Assembly: GCF_036321535.1 (NCBI RefSeq)
Contig: NC_087437.1
Location: 7,068,001 to 7,132,000, forward strand
Direction of reading: 5' to 3'
From: Camelus dromedarius
Taxonomy: Eukaryota
DNA: 64,000 bases
In this document: positions 61,401 to 64,000 of the stretch, one piece after another
How positions within the stretch are numbered: the stretch's first letter is position 1
Layout: every line of letters starts with the position of its first letter
Translations under genes and position numbers: made by a program
Notes under the pieces: model-generated
Told to the model about the DNA's origin: nothing
Seen by the model: the letters and a program-made list of their open reading frames with translations, nothing else
Databases searched by the model: none

Positions 61401-62439
61401 AAACAAACAAACAAAAAAGAACCCCCTAAAAATACAAGACAATGTGAACGTGACTATTTCCAAGAATAATACCTTGAGTTGAGTTCTTAGTGACATTTTC
61501 TCCCTTGTTTATAAGACATGTTCCTACAATATAAATGTACAGGAGGTTTTCTTTTAAAATTTTGACTTTCTTCTGCAGTGCTTCTGTTGTTGACAGTAAC
61601 TCCAACTGCCTCTTGTTTGGTACTGAAGTTCATACAACAGACTACGAGCCAAAGTTAGTGATTAACTGTTTTGAAAGAATCTCCCAAAATACACTTGTTT
61701 GTAATATGTCTTGCTTTTGTGTCTCAGGTGTAAAATCATTGGCATTTTATGCCCAATTTGCCTTTTGCAAGCAATACGTTATGTGCAGGGGGCTTCAGTG
61801 TCTTTGCAGGACTCAGATTGGGAACAGTGGTTCCAAGCATCACCAGAATCCCAGTCCACCTCATTTGCCATCTCTCCTTTTATCCAGCTCCCTGTGAAAA
61901 TGCCCAATTTTCCTTCTGGAGGAGACTGAGGCCATTTTAAACATAAATTCATAATTATGCATTATCTTCTCCCAGAGTAACATTCTGACAGTCACCTCAA
62001 CTGTATTTTCTCTTTTGCAGATAGATAATACCATTCTTAAATAATTCCAAGTGGTTTGAGCAAGTTGACCTCTTTGCTTTCTTTTGATGGTAGAATGTAG
62101 AGACCAAAATAGATTATTTTTACATGCTCAGTTTGCTGTGCCTTTATGAATGTATATATATATATATTTATATTAAAAGCCAATATATATTTTAAAAGTG
62201 ATTTTCAATCAGATAATACACACAAGAGATGCACCATTTGTATACTCCAACCCTGAGTGTTACCCTATTCCTGGCCACAGGAATGCACTGCTGACTATGA
62301 GCTGAAGGCTTAGCTGAGATCCCCTCATCTCAAACGCCCAAATCTTTGATGTGTGAAAAGTCCAGTGCCTTCCTTTGGGGGCTTCAGTTGTCGGGCTTGT
62401 GTCAGGTGTGGAATTCTTACTTCCCCTGAATCTGTTCAT

Positions 62440-64000
62440 TTTAGATGTCCTTCAACAGGAGAATGGATAAACCAGATGCAGAGTATCCACAAAATGGAAT
62501 ATTACTTAGCAACAAAAAGGAGCCCACTATTGATTCATGTAACAACATCACTTTAAATGCATTTTCTTCAATGAAAAAGACAAATACAGAAGTCTACATA
62601 TTGTGTGATTCTATTTATACGGCATTCTAGAAAAGGAAAATTATAGAAATGGAAAGCAGACCGGCGGTGGGGGGAGTGGGGGAGGCACTGATTCAAAGGA
62701 GCAGCACGAGGGAATTTGGAGGGTGATGTTCTGAATGGTATTGGGATGGTGGATGCATGATTCTATGCATTCGTCAAAATCCATAGAAATGAACATCACA
62801 AAGAATGAATCTTACTTATGTAAATTGAAAGCAATAGGATGTCAGTGGACGCCAAGAAGGAATACAGACTGTGATAAATAAATGCATGATATAATTATTA
62901 AAAGTGATGAGGAAAGAAAGGTGCTGACCCACGGAACTTCAGCAAACAGTATTTTAACTAGACGCTGTCAGCCTGGAGACCAAAACTGTAGACGCACTAT
63001 TTACCCTAGTTGATAAATGTGTCTCTTGTAAGGGTATGAGTTAGCGATCCTGAAACTACAATTGAACAAATGATACATATATTGCAGTAAACAAACGCCA
63101 GGTTTCTCACTGCTGGAAAAGAAGTTTACAAATAATTGGGGGAAACCTTGAATGAACCTTGTGGTCCCAGATGAGATTCAGAGGTACCAGTATGAACTCA
63201 TGTTTATTTTAATATGTACACAGTTAGAGATAAAAATGAGGATGCATCCATGTGTGTGTGTGTATTCACTGGTCAACATACATACATACATTCCCAGGGA
63301 GGGCCTTGTAGCAGTGACGCCCCTTTTTAACACCCAGAACTTGGTTTCTAAGTACCATTCTCCAATAAAAGGAATCAGATCTCCTTGAAGAAAAGGCTGA
63401 GGCAGGGAACATATAAGCTGAGACCAGAGCATCCTGTGGTTTCAAAAAGTAAAAAAGTGAGGAAAAAAAAGTCAAAAGGATACAGGAACGAGCAACTGTA
63501 AAGTTTTCCCAGTGGTCAAAGCTGTAACAATTTGAGCATCAAAAATAATATAGTATTGAATTATAGCCCGAAGAGTAAAATACACACTGATGAGTTCATA
63601 CTTAAAGAAATAAATAAAGGAGGTCACTTTTTGCTTTCAGAGAAATTCCAATGAATAAATACAGACAGAATGAGGGACATAGAAAATTACCACTAGGACA
63701 TTACAGTAAAAGTCGCTGCAGGTAAGATATAGCGATGAATGCTAAAATCAGTGGGCAAAAGTTTAAGAAGAAAGCTTTGCATCACCACAAATGATCCCTC
63801 CTCAAAACATGTATTAATTATACATATTTTGTGATTATACAGCCGTGAATTCTTTGATACCACAAGGTGGAGATCCTTTCTTCTCCCCTTCAGCAAGGGC
63901 CATACATAGTGACTCATTTCTACTTAATAGAGAGGAAAAGGGGAAAATAGTAACTAGACAGTGGAGAAACCTGGCAGCAAGCTTTCTTAGCCAAGTGATC
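62440..64000 (+). mobile_element. L1MC3-like ORF2 end and long 3' UTR, runs off the window
   Basis: ATGTCCTTCAACAGGAGAATGGATAAA..CCAGGTTTCTCACTG..CAGTATGAACTCATGTTTA..ACCATTCTCCAATAAAAGGAA. Confidence 0.85.

Noticed and set aside
12149..63916. Window-wide enrichment of AP-1 sites
   Set aside because: About a dozen TGA(C/G)TCA seen, near chance expectation for 64 kb, and several lie inside repeats
1..64000. Prokaryotic or phage-type systems (CRISPR, operons, defence islands)
   Set aside because: Repeat-rich mammalian DNA with no long ORFs and no repeat-spacer arrays

Overview
This is mammalian genomic DNA, most likely camelid (alpaca/vicuna/llama/camel). That inference rests on five copies of a tRNA-derived SINE matching the vic-1 type, together with cetartiodactyl-type L1 3' ends and no recognisable ruminant (BovB/Bov-tA), pig (PRE1), primate or rodent SINEs. 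Roughly half the window is interspersed repeat: young and old L1, L2, CR1/L3, MIR, MaLR/ERVL LTRs, a MER41-like ERV1 LTR with its internal segment, and hAT/Tigger DNA transposons. I recognise no protein-coding gene, RNA gene or prokaryotic-type system. The ORF-track entries are L1 remnants or chance ORFs. The most interesting signals are: (i) a chain of + strand exon-like segments with good splice signals (23.3-23.9, 44.8, 45.9, 56.7 kb), possibly a lncRNA or 5' UTR/microexon series; (ii) an ERV fragment with no 5' LTR and a truncated 3' LTR, flanked by a ~14-bp imperfect direct repeat, a candidate L1-mobilised ERV transcript; (iii) an L1 with twin-priming geometry; (iv) several nested insertions with TSDs; (v) inducible-enhancer-like motif clusters at 41 and 46 kb. 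I cannot support a genuinely new biological system from this sequence. Repeat family names come from recalled consensus similarity, and boundaries of old repeats are approximate (tens of bp).
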